DNA of 29,430 bases from an uncultured Gemmatimonadales bacterium (GCA_964609635.1 CAZSTM010000001.1:1-29430); one strand, 5' to 3'; positions 1 to 8,487 are shown, counted from the first letter of the stretch. Notes: generated from the letters alone by a model not told the origin. A program made the numbers and translations.

Positions 1-1731
1 CCCGGGGCTCAGGGCACGGGCGTGGGCCAGGGTGGATTGAACCTGTCGAGTCTCAAAGCCAACAGCGAAATCCGCCTCCAGATCGAGGGTGATGTCGTGC
101 AAACCCTCTCGATTACCCCCAGGGTTTTTAGTAGCGTGGAAGACCTGGTCAACGGCTTGAACGGAGCTATCAACAGTAATCCGGCCCTGATGGGCAAGCT
201 CACCGCCTTTGTGGATTACAGCCAGGGGGCGGCGGCCATCTCTTTTGTCACCAACTCGCCGGAAGCCAAGCTTACAATCACGCGCAGCACCCAGACAGTA
301 CCGCTGGGCGGAGTGCAGCTGTTCGATGCCTTGGGCTTCGATGATGTTACCGAACTGCGCAACGATGTTATCCCGGGCAACGAGGATGATTACAATAACA
401 TTAGTATAGACGGCAATGCCAACAGCTCCATCATACTGGCCGCTTTCAACCGGACGCAGGAAGGTCGCGACGCCGCCTCGCACATCGCTTCGATCGCGGT
501 CTTCGATTCCTTCGGTGAGACCCACAACATGAACATGAAATTTACCAAGTCCACCCAGGAACTTGCCGCCGAGATAAACAGGGTGATTTCAACCGCCAGC
601 CCCCTGATGATCGAGAGCGCGGACCCCAACGCTACTCCGGGTACCATCCAGCCGGTGGATTCCTCCCTGGTCGAGACCCTTATCACAGACCTGTGGAGCA
701 TCGACAACACCGACCCGCAAAACCCGGTACGCGGCGACGCTCAGCCCCGGGCCGGGGACAGCATCCTCATCTCAGGTTCTTCGCCTCAGGGCACACCGCT
801 GTCCACATCCCTGACCATCCTGGGCGACCCGGACCCGACCACGGTGGCCGAACTGCTCGAAACCATTAATCTGCTGTTCAGCTCCAGTGCGTATGGCGGG
901 GACGGAAGCGGAGCCACCGCCACGATCAATGATCAGGGCCAGATAATCCTTACGGATGACACGGCGGGGGCTTCACTGGCCGATATCAGAATCGCCTTCG
1001 TGGATAACCCCGACAATCCACGGACTGTTCTGCCCACTTTCCCCTTCAAGCTTGCCGAGAACTTCCGCACCCTGCAAAAGGGCACCAACAAGATCACCAT
1101 CGATGTGCCCGGCCAGTGGGACTGGGAAATCCGGCTCACCGGAAACGAAAGATCTTATACCGGTAACCTGGGGACCATCACTTTCAACCCGGACGGCAGT
1201 CTGCAGGGCTACACCATCGCCGACCGCAGCAACACCTTCGGTTTCGATCCGAACAACGGCGCCGACCGCATGGAAGTTGCGCTCGACCTGGGTACCATCG
1301 GCGGTTTCGACGGGTTAACCATGTTCAACGGCCCCTCGACTGCGATTATCAGCAGCCAGGACGGTTTTGCGGCCGGTAAGCTGAGCTCGATCGAGATCGA
1401 CAATACCGGAACCATGACCGGAGTCTTCTCCAACGGAGTATCCAAGAAGCTCGCCAGGTTGATTCTGGGCAGTTTCAACAACCCGAGCGGCCTGACCAAA
1501 ATAGGTAACAACAACTATATGGAATCGGCCAACTCGGGTGTGGCCATAATCGGTGAGGCGGGCACTAACATCCAGGGATCCATTTCCAGCGGTTTTCTGG
1601 AAAGCTCGAATGTCGACCTGGCCCAGGAATTCGCCAATATCATTACTACTCAGCGTGGATTCCAGGCCAACGCCAGGGTGATTACCTCCACCGACACCTT
1701 GCTCAATGAAGTTGTCAACCTGGCCAGATAA
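1..1731 (+). CDS. flgE: Flagellar hook protein FlgE, 5'-truncated (frame open from base 1), with large inserted domains
   Basis: C-terminal flagellar axial motif 'GFLESSNVDLAQEFANIITTQRGFQANARVITSTDTLLNEVVNL', 'QDGFAAGKLSSIEIDNTG...G.FSNG' and FlaE/D2 motifs 'VFDSFGETH' and 'GTITFNPDGSL'; lies upstream of flbD-motA. Confidence 0.93.
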   Translation, partial: PGAQGTGVGQGGLNLSSLKANSEIRLQIEGDVVQTLSITPRVFSSVEDLVNGLNGAINSNPALMGKLTAFVDYSQGAAAISFVTNSPEAKLTITRSTQTVPLGGVQLFDALGFDDVTELRNDVIPGNEDDYNNISIDGNANSSIILAAFNRTQEGRDAASHIASIAVFDSFGETHNMNMKFTKSTQELAAEINRVISTASPLMIESADPNATPGTIQPVDSSLVETLITDLWSIDNTDPQNPVRGDAQPRAGDSILISGSSPQGTPLSTSLTILGDPDPTTVAELLETINLLFSSSAYGGDGSGATATINDQGQIILTDDTAGASLADIRIAFVDNPDNPRTVLPTFPFKLAENFRTLQKGTNKITIDVPGQWDWEIRLTGNERSYTGNLGTITFNPDGSLQGYTIADRSNTFGFDPNNGADRMEVALDLGTIGGFDGLTMFNGPSTAIISSQDGFAAGKLSSIEIDNTGTMTGVFSNGVSKKLARLILGSFNNPSGLTKIGNNNYMESANSGVAIIGEAGTNIQGSISSGFLESSNVDLAQEFANIITTQRGFQANARVITSTDTLLNEVVNLAR

Positions 1732-1751
1732 GATAGCTGAAGCCTGAACCG

Positions 1752-1791
1752 CAACAAAGGGGCCCCTTAACAAAGCCGGGCCCCTTTGTTG
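1752..1791. terminator. Intrinsic (possibly bidirectional) terminator after flgE
   Basis: Perfect 14-bp inverted repeat CAACAAAGGGGCCC / GGGCCCCTTTGTTG with a 12-nt loop, starting 21 nt after the flgE stop. Confidence 0.8.
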
Positions 1792-1857
1792 TATCAATTC
1801 TCAGGCGGCACTTTTCACGGAGCCTGCCGGAAAATCAGGCATAGCAGAACACTTTTC

Positions 1858-1968
1858 GAACAAAACCTTACAACTCGATTATCGGGCTGAGGCTTGCGTT
1901 CGACGGATAATTCAAATATATTTTAAAAGGAAATAACTTTAAAATTAACAGAGGCTTACAAGCCGTTA
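1858..1968 (+). promoter_or_regulatory. IHF-like binding sites upstream of the sigma54 promoter
   Basis: GAACAA-aacc-TTA (1858-1870), TAACAG-aggc-TTA (1946-1958) and TTACAA-gccg-TTA (1956-1968) are degenerate matches to WATCAR-N4-TTR; an AT-rich tract lies at about 1910-1945. Confidence 0.35.
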
Positions 1969-2033
1969 AGGTGTGATCCAACGCCCATGACACCAGCCTT
2001 TCGGCGGCTCTTGTCAAAGGGTCGGCGGGGCGA

Positions 2034-2050
2034 TGGTATGTTTTTTGCTT
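2034..2050 (+). promoter_or_regulatory. Sigma54 (RpoN) -24/-12 promoter for flbD-motAB-fliLMYO
   Basis: TGGTATGTTTTTTGCTT has exact GG-N10-GC spacing and matches TGGCAC-N5-TTGCW; it is intergenic, upstream of flagellar genes. Confidence 0.65.
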
Positions 2051-2226
2051 AAAAGCTTGCAGAACGTATTCTTGCGTACTTGAGAACCATTAAAGTTCCT
2101 TTCGGCTCGAGCCTGTTTATAAGACTTACGAAATGGGGATGATTTCTTTTAGTTTTTCCTCGCAGCGGCCGAAGTATTGATCAGAGAGTCCTTTTCTCTC
2201 AAGCCTGACTCCGATTGGAGGTTTCC

Positions 2227-2430
2227 GTGATAGCGGCAACCAAACTTAACGGCGAACATTTTATGTTGAACGCGGAGCTGGTTGAGTTGGTGGAATCTAC
2301 TCCGGACACCATAATCAGCCTGACAACCGGAAAGAAATACATGGTTAAAGAGACGGTCGATGAAATTATCGACCGAATCATCCAGTACCGTCGCCAGATT
2401 TCACCGTTTTTCGATACGGGAGCGGCTTGA
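2227..2430 (+). CDS. flbD: Flagellar protein FlbD family
   Basis: 'MIAATKLNGEHFMLNAELVELVESTPDTIISLTTGKKYMVKE' matches the FlbD pattern (T.LNG...LN...IE.....PDT.I.L..GKK..V.E); GTG start at 2227 with GGAGG at 2217-2221; typical flgE-flbD-motA order. Confidence 0.88.
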   Translation: MIAATKLNGEHFMLNAELVELVESTPDTIISLTTGKKYMVKETVDEIIDRIIQYRRQISPFFDTGAA

Positions 2431-2476
2431 ATTGAATAGCGAGCGAATAGTAATAATCAAAAAAACCTTAACAATC

Positions 2477-2510
2477 GAAGATTCCCTGCAGCTTGCTGCA
2501 GGGAGTCTTC
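2477..2510. other. Strong intercistronic hairpin between flbD and motA
   Basis: 15-bp stem GAAGATTCCCTGCAG / CTGCAGGGAGTCTTC (one G-U pair) closing a CUUG loop; no adjacent U-tract on the + strand. Confidence 0.6.
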
Positions 2511-2589
2511 AATAATAAAAACCTCTCGCAACACTCTATTTTTAGGTCAACAGACCAATTAACCGGGTAAAAGAGTAAGAGGTTCATCT

Positions 2590-3357
2590 ATGGATCTAAC
2601 TACCATCATCGGAATAATCGCAGGCTTCGCTGTCATTGTTCTCGGTATCGCCTCAAGTGGCGATGTAACTTCGTTTTTCGATAGGGCTTCGGTGTTCATA
2701 GTTTTTGGAGGAACAATTTCTGCGGTAATCATCGCTTATCCGATCCATGAGCTTGTGGGTGTGATCTCGGTTGTGAGAAAGACTGTTTTCTCTAAAACCA
2801 TGCCGATAGCCGAGACCATCGCCACTCTGGTGTCCTTTGCCGAGCGGGCCAGGCGCGAGGGGATTCTTGCCCTGGAGCGCCACATGGAGGAAATCGAGGA
2901 CGACTTCCTCTCCAAGGGCATCCAGCTTGCGGTCGATGGTACCGAGCCTGAGTTGATGCGCAGTATCCTGGCAACCGAGCTGGACTACCTGGAAAAGAGA
3001 CATACCAGCGGACAAGGCATATTAAGCACTTGTGGCGCCTTGTCCCCGGCCTTCGGGATGATCGGAACCCTGATCGGGCTGGTGCTGATGCTGCAAACCA
3101 TGCAGGACCCCTCTACCATCGGCCCGAAAATGGCGGTTGCGCTGATCACTACCTTTTACGGGGCGCTGTTGGCCAACCTGGTGTTTATCCCCCTGACCGG
3201 CAAGTTGAAACGCCGTTCGGAAGAGGAAGTACTGATGAAGGAACTGATGATCGAGGGCATTCTCTCCATCCAGTCCGGGGACAACCCCCGGATAGTGGAG
3301 CAGAAATTGACCTCTTTTATCCCGCCCAAGCTGCGGCGGCAGATTGTAGAGAAATAA
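2590..3357 (+). CDS. motA: Flagellar stator A subunit (MotA/PomA/MotP type, 255 aa)
   Basis: Four hydrophobic segments, torque residues in 'ERARREGILALE', and 'PAFGMIGTLIGLV' and 'ALITTFYGALLAN' motifs. Confidence 0.95.
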   Translation: MDLTTIIGIIAGFAVIVLGIASSGDVTSFFDRASVFIVFGGTISAVIIAYPIHELVGVISVVRKTVFSKTMPIAETIATLVSFAERARREGILALERHMEEIEDDFLSKGIQLAVDGTEPELMRSILATELDYLEKRHTSGQGILSTCGALSPAFGMIGTLIGLVLMLQTMQDPSTIGPKMAVALITTFYGALLANLVFIPLTGKLKRRSEEEVLMKELMIEGILSIQSGDNPRIVEQKLTSFIPPKLRRQIVEK

Positions 3358-3391
3358 ACCGGCTTTCGTCCATATCGCAAGGTACGCACCG

Positions 3392-4105
3392 ATGGCGAAG
3401 GATAAATGTGAATGTGAAGCAGGCTCTCCGGCCTGGATGACCACTTTCAGTGACCTGATGTCGCTTCTTCTTTGTTTCTTCGTGCTCCTGGTCTCGATGA
3501 GCAAGATCGTGGAAAAAGACTTCTATATGGCCGCCGGCAGCCTGCGGGGAGCATTCGGTGTGATGACCCAGGACCCCTCGATAATCAAGCTTGAGAATAC
3601 CCCGCTGCCGTCTCTGAAAAATATCCAGCGGGCGATTATCGATCGGGCGGTTTCCAACATGCAGGACTTCATCGAGTCGCGCAACCTGGGTGAAGATGTA
3701 AAACTGGTGATTTCGGATAAGGGAGTCGGGCTTACCATCAGTTCGCCGCTGTTGTTTGAGACCGGCAGCGCAGAGCTCGATACTTCATCCTACAGAGTTC
3801 TTGCCGGAGTATTCGACATCGCTCGAGGTTGGCCCAACATTATCAGGGTGGAAGGACATACGGACAATGCACAGATCAGGTCGGGTCCTTACGAATCCAA
3901 CTGGGATTTGTCTTTCGACCGGGCCTTGAGCGTGGTGAACTTCGCGGTTCAGTTCTCGAAAATCCATCCCAGCAGGCTGAGTCCGGTGGCTTTCGGGGAA
4001 TACGATACAGTGGCCACCAACTCGACCCCGGAAGGCCGGGCCAAGAACCGCAGGATTGAAATCTTTATGGAATATAAAAAGGATATTCCGGACCCGTTTA
4101 AATAG
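3392..4105 (+). CDS. motB: Flagellar stator B subunit (MotB/PomB type) with OmpA-like peptidoglycan-binding domain
   Basis: 'WMTTFSDLMSLLLCFFVLL' with the conserved Asp; 'RVEGHTD', 'NWDLSFDRA' and 'RAKNRRIEI'. Confidence 0.95.
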   Translation: MAKDKCECEAGSPAWMTTFSDLMSLLLCFFVLLVSMSKIVEKDFYMAAGSLRGAFGVMTQDPSIIKLENTPLPSLKNIQRAIIDRAVSNMQDFIESRNLGEDVKLVISDKGVGLTISSPLLFETGSAELDTSSYRVLAGVFDIARGWPNIIRVEGHTDNAQIRSGPYESNWDLSFDRALSVVNFAVQFSKIHPSRLSPVAFGEYDTVATNSTPEGRAKNRRIEIFMEYKKDIPDPFK

Positions 4106-4149
4106 CCCGGCGGCATACTAGGGGCCGGAACTTAACAGGAGTGTTGACA

Positions 4150-4725
4150 ATGGCGGATGAACCTCAGGAAACCATGTCGGATGAAGAAGAGGGTGCTGCT
4201 GTACCTAAAGCTAAAAGCAAAATCTCTCTTAAAACTTTAATCTTGATCGGTCTGCCCCTGGTAATAGTCCAGGCTGCGCTGGCTTTCTGGGTAGTCAGGA
4301 CTTACATCCAACCCCCTTTGTCGTCAATGAAGAAAGAACAGCCGGTAGAGGAAACCACCCAGGGTGATGACCAGAATGAAAAAGATGAGGTGGATTTGAG
4401 CGGAAGTGTCCCCGTAACGGTCGAGGACATAATCGTCAATCCCGCCGATACCAAAGGGCAGCGCTACCTTAGTGTTTCAGTGGTCATTTACGTGCCGGAG
4501 GATATAGCCACGGAATTGGCTAATTTCGAGCCTGAAGTGCGCAGCGCGATCATTGAGCGTATCAGCCGCAAACGATTGGATGAGCTGGATGATCCGGCTG
4601 ACCGCAAGATACTGCTCGGTGAAGTCCGGGATGAATTGAACGGCACGATAAGAACATTTTTCAAGAAAAAGTTCCCGAAACTCAGTATCCGGAGAATATT
4701 ATTTTCCAAATACACATTACAGTAG
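4150..4725 (+). CDS. fliL: Flagellar basal body-associated protein FliL
   Basis: Single N-terminal TM after 'KKS'-like basic residues; 'IVNPAD...RYLSVSV' and 'ILFSKYTLQ'; ATG at 4150 with AGGAG upstream; located between motB and fliM. Confidence 0.88.
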   Translation: MADEPQETMSDEEEGAAVPKAKSKISLKTLILIGLPLVIVQAALAFWVVRTYIQPPLSSMKKEQPVEETTQGDDQNEKDEVDLSGSVPVTVEDIIVNPADTKGQRYLSVSVVIYVPEDIATELANFEPEVRSAIIERISRKRLDELDDPADRKILLGEVRDELNGTIRTFFKKKFPKLSIRRILFSKYTLQ

Positions 4726-4739
4726 AACGGATTTGAGCC

Positions 4740-5768
4740 ATGAGCAAGATACTATCTCAGGAAGAAATAGACGCATTGCTTTCCGGAGAGTCTGGGGGCG
4801 CCGTTGCATCCGCAGGCGCCGCCGAACCCGGGGAGGAAGAACAGAAGGACAAGCTGGTCAGCCTCTACGATTTCAAGCACCCTAACCGGGTTTCCAAAGA
4901 CCAGCTGCGAACTGTCCAGACTATCCACGAGGCGTTCGCCCGCGGCTTTGCCACCCATCTGTCCACACGCTTGCGCAGCCTGGTGGACATCGACTTGACC
5001 TCGGTTGACCAGCTGACCTATTCCGAGTTTATCATGTCCATGGCCGATCCCAGCGCGTGCTATATTTTCAACATCAAGGAACTCGAGGGGGATGCGATCA
5101 TGGAGGTCAGCCCCCAGCTGGTGCTCTATATCATCGACCGTTCATTCGGCGGTGAAGGAGGGGTGAGCCAGGAAGCGCGCGAAATCACCATCATCGAGCA
5201 GAGTGTGATGAAAAAGATTGTCGACAATGCTCTCGACCAGCTTGTCCGGGCCTGGCAAAACATTACCCCGCTGACCCTAGAGCTCAGAGATTTCGAAACC
5301 AATCCGCAGCTTATTCAGATCAGTCCGCCGGGCGAGACCGCGATCATGATCTCTTTCGAGGTCAAAATCGCTGATTTCAGCAGCCTGCTTAATCTGTGCT
5401 TCCCCTATTTTGTCCTGGAAGATGTGATGCCCAAGCTCAGCGCCCAGCATCAGATCGCCCACAGCCAGAAAAAAAGAACCCGCCATGATATGGGAATTGT
5501 GGAACGCAAGTTGAAAACCACCGATATTCCGATAATAGTAGAGTTGGGCAAAACACAGCTTACGCTGCGCGATATCTTATCCCTGGAACAGGGCGATATC
5601 GTGCGGCTGGATAACCGACTCGATGAGATGCTGGAAGTAACCATCGGAGACAGCGGCAAGTTTTTGGGCAAGCCCGGCATCTTTCTCTATCAAAAGGCTT
5701 TGAAAATTATCTACGAAATCAAAGAAGGAGTCAAAGAAGATATCAAAGTAGTAGCAAGTTGCCATTAG
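4740..5768 (+). CDS. fliM: Flagellar motor switch protein FliM
   Basis: CheY-P binding 'ILSQEEIDALL', 'YDFKHPNRVSKDQLR', 'VDQLTYSEF' and a C-terminal SpoA domain. Confidence 0.96.
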   Translation: MSKILSQEEIDALLSGESGGAVASAGAAEPGEEEQKDKLVSLYDFKHPNRVSKDQLRTVQTIHEAFARGFATHLSTRLRSLVDIDLTSVDQLTYSEFIMSMADPSACYIFNIKELEGDAIMEVSPQLVLYIIDRSFGGEGGVSQEAREITIIEQSVMKKIVDNALDQLVRAWQNITPLTLELRDFETNPQLIQISPPGETAIMISFEVKIADFSSLLNLCFPYFVLEDVMPKLSAQHQIAHSQKKRTRHDMGIVERKLKTTDIPIIVELGKTQLTLRDILSLEQGDIVRLDNRLDEMLEVTIGDSGKFLGKPGIFLYQKALKIIYEIKEGVKEDIKVVASCH

Positions 5769-5811
5769 TAACCTTACCCTGAAAGCGGAAGAAACCAAAG
5801 CCATCCAGGAG

Positions 5812-6771
5812 GTGGCTTCTATCCTGGCTGAGGAAAGTTCGGTGGTTCTGTCCACTCTGCTGGATAAAAAGATCGAAATCAGTGTGGAGGAATCCGATGC
5901 CGCCGATGCGGACGCCCTGGGCTCGGAATTCCCGGAAAGCATAGTTGTGGTCGAATGTCCCTTCGCTTCCGGGTTCGAGGCTACCTGCAATTTCCTTTTC
6001 AACAAGACACTGGTGGCCAAGCTGAGCGATCTGATAATGATGGGCGACGGCACCGCCGAGTTCAGCGAAGACCATATTGATGCTATCCAGGAGGCGGTTA
6101 ACCAGATGCTGGGTGCGGCAGCCACTGCGCTCTCGACACGCCTGGATAAAACCGTGGACTTTCAGCCTTCCACGGCCAAGCAGGCTGCACTGGCGGAGGC
6201 GGGCCTTGATTTCGATCAACTTACCGCGGTCAAGAACGAGATCCGGATAGAGGGCGAGGCCGAGGGTAAAATCGCCATGCTGATTCCATATCCGGTAATC
6301 CAGGAAATGGCAACGACAATCGACGCCGGTGTGCAGCAACCTGCAGGAGGAGCTGAAGGCGAACTGGATATGAGCGGGATCGAGGGAGCCGAGGAGGACG
6401 ATTCCGCAGGAATCGATCTCACCGGGATAGGCGGGGAGAAGGCTGCCGCCGAGGCCCCTGCTGCGAGAAGGGCGGTTGATTCCGCCGATCTCGGGCCCAT
6501 GGAAAAAGAACGCCTCGAACTGCTGCTCGATGTAAAGCTGGATATCACCATCGAACTGGGCCGCACCTTGATGCTCGTTCGCGACATTCTGGAACTCGGT
6601 CCCGGCTCGGTAGTCGAGCTGGACAAGATGGCCGGGGAAACAGTCGATCTGCTGATAAATAACAAAAAACTGGCCGAGGGTGAAGTTGTGGTGGTCGATG
6701 AAAATTTCGGGATCCGGATTACCCACCTGATCAGCATGGAAGAGCGGATCAAAATGCTGCAGGCAGGCTGA
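5812..6771 (+). CDS. fliY: Flagellar switch protein FliY (CheC-like domain plus FliN SpoA domain); true start probably upstream (frame open from 5755)
   Basis: 'EAVNQMLGAAATALS' CheC motif; C-terminal 'LLLDVKLDITIELGRT...ELGPGSVVELDKMAGETVDLLINNKKLAEGEVVVVDENFGIRIT' is FliN-like. Confidence 0.88.
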   Translation: MASILAEESSVVLSTLLDKKIEISVEESDAADADALGSEFPESIVVVECPFASGFEATCNFLFNKTLVAKLSDLIMMGDGTAEFSEDHIDAIQEAVNQMLGAAATALSTRLDKTVDFQPSTAKQAALAEAGLDFDQLTAVKNEIRIEGEAEGKIAMLIPYPVIQEMATTIDAGVQQPAGGAEGELDMSGIEGAEEDDSAGIDLTGIGGEKAAAEAPAARRAVDSADLGPMEKERLELLLDVKLDITIELGRTLMLVRDILELGPGSVVELDKMAGETVDLLINNKKLAEGEVVVVDENFGIRITHLISMEERIKMLQAG

Positions 6772-6867
6772 GCTTTATGCATTTACGGCGGCCGGCCCCT
6801 GAAGGGTTCGAGCCGGTACATCCTTCGATTTCATTAAATTTTTCGCTACAGGAAGGATTGACCCATC

Positions 6868-7569
6868 TTGCGCAAAGTTCATCCTGCTGCCTCCGATACC
6901 CGGGCATCGAATAATCCGGGCTTGAAACTTTATGATCCCTTCCTCGAGTCCAAGCTCCCCACAACCGGACTGACACTTGCAGTTCTGCTGGCTCTCGCCG
7001 TGTTTTTCTTCCCGATCAGTGGGCTGTGCCTGCCCGATTCCGTGCCTTCCGTTAAAGAAAAAAGTAAAACCGATGCCCCTGTTCTGTCCGGGCAGTCCGA
7101 AGATACCGGCATCCTGAGCACCGAGCAGGATAGCGGCGAAACCACCACCGGCGCTCGGGACTCGGCCGCAGGCCGGGAATTTGAATTTTCCCCTCAATAC
7201 TCACGGGGCGTAGATATCTCATGGATCTCGGTATTCTCCTGGATTTTCATTGTAATCGGCCTGCTGTTGCTGTTCCTCTATCTACTGCGAAGGTTTCTTT
7301 TCCGGCCCATGGGAGTTATCTCATCCGGGGGACAATTCGAGATGCTGCAGCAGTTCCACCTGGGGCCCAGAAAAAGTATTTGTCTGGTAAAAGTCTACGA
7401 CCGGCTTTTTCTGCTGGGAGTGACCGAAAGTTCGGTTACGCGGTTGAGTGAGATCGACAATCCGGAAGAAGTAGCTAAAATCCTGGCTCAGTTAAAAGCT
7501 TCGCCTAAAATGCAGGGCAAGCCGTTCCGTGAGGTTTACCAGGATCTGGTCGGGCGGTTTAAGAAGTAG
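6868..7569 (+). CDS. fliO: FliO/FliZ-like flagellar export chaperone with N-terminal extension (start uncertain)
   Basis: TM segment followed by 'HLGPRKSICLVKVYDRLFLLGVTESSVTRLSEI' (FliO pattern LG..KS...V......LLGVT...I..L); position after fliY. Confidence 0.8.
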   Translation: MRKVHPAASDTRASNNPGLKLYDPFLESKLPTTGLTLAVLLALAVFFFPISGLCLPDSVPSVKEKSKTDAPVLSGQSEDTGILSTEQDSGETTTGARDSAAGREFEFSPQYSRGVDISWISVFSWIFIVIGLLLLFLYLLRRFLFRPMGVISSGGQFEMLQQFHLGPRKSICLVKVYDRLFLLGVTESSVTRLSEIDNPEEVAKILAQLKASPKMQGKPFREVYQDLVGRFKK

Positions 7570-7752
7570 GTTTTCTCTATCATCGGCATCCTGACATTTC
7601 CTCCCTGATTTCTTTTTTTCTCCTTATGATATTTTTTCATTTTTGCGCCACGCAGGCTTCGGGTCCTGCGAAGCGTTGCTACCGGCCGGATTATTGGGTA
7701 TATTCAATTTCAGTCGGATTCCAAGCGGACCCAATCAAGGAGTAAGCCCAAG

Positions 7753-8487
7753 ATGATAGATACCAGCGCAACTGCCGTGGAACTCGAGCAGGCCGGGCCG
7801 GAGGTGGCTTTTCTGCCGGTAGGGGCCTGTGAGCAGCACTTTGGCCTGATGCCTCTCCAGACCGATATTTATCAGAGCGAAAGGCTGGCGGCCGAGATCG
7901 CCGGCAGCTTCAACAGCTACCTGCTGCCGGCGCTTCCGTTCGGCACATCGCTCGAGAACACCGGCTCGGCGGGCACAATAACCCTGATGCCCGCCACTGT
8001 TGCCGCCGTGGTCCGCGATGTGGTGGACTCCCTTTACCGCCAGGGGTTCGAAATCGTGGTGGTGGTGAATTCTCACGGCGGGAATTTCATCCTGCGGCCT
8101 ACCGTGCGCCAGATCAATTACCAGAATTCGGGCCGCAAGACCATTTATGTCGATCCCTGGGAGCTGGTGCCGGTGGAAAAGATGCGCAAAATATTTACGG
8201 GCACCAACGAACTGCACTGCGGAGAGATCGAGACCTCGGTGATGCTTTATTTGAATCCCGAGATGGTACGCGTCGAAAACATCGAGGATGGCGATCCGGA
8301 CGCCCTGCGCGCGGACCTGGACATGTTCTCCATTCCGGTGCTTGCCGGGGGCAAGCCCTGGGGCAGGGCCAGCCTGGCGACCGCCGAGAAAGGCCGCGAG
8401 TTTTACGAGCTGATGATCGAGCACTCGATAGAGTTCATCAAACGCATGCTCGAGCTCCACCGGCGGTATCCCAGCTATCACGGCTGA
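7753..8487 (+). CDS. Creatininase / creatinine amidohydrolase family protein
   Basis: Metal-binding motifs 'LPVGACEQH...LQTD', 'VNSHGGN' and 'HCGEIETS'; AGGAG RBS. Confidence 0.85.
   Translation: MIDTSATAVELEQAGPEVAFLPVGACEQHFGLMPLQTDIYQSERLAAEIAGSFNSYLLPALPFGTSLENTGSAGTITLMPATVAAVVRDVVDSLYRQGFEIVVVVNSHGGNFILRPTVRQINYQNSGRKTIYVDPWELVPVEKMRKIFTGTNELHCGEIETSVMLYLNPEMVRVENIEDGDPDALRADLDMFSIPVLAGGKPWGRASLATAEKGREFYELMIEHSIEFIKRMLELHRRYPSYHG

Noticed and set aside
1792-2226. Possible c-di-GMP riboswitch or sRNA upstream of flbD
   Set aside because: No GEMM-type GGCAAACC/GAAA-tetraloop-receptor pattern was recognised; the sigma54 promoter architecture explains the region.
5743-6726. 327-aa minus-strand ORF, and similar long antisense ORFs at 7735-8481, 13657-14394, 19791-20573, 22604-23440, 25547-26992 and 27430-28437
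   Set aside because: They are shadows of well-supported genes on the opposite strand in GC-rich DNA, with no recognisable motifs.
7580-7606. Minus-strand GCCGATGA as a sigma28 -10 box
   Set aside because: The -35 position reads AGGG rather than TAAA, and it would point antisense into fliO.
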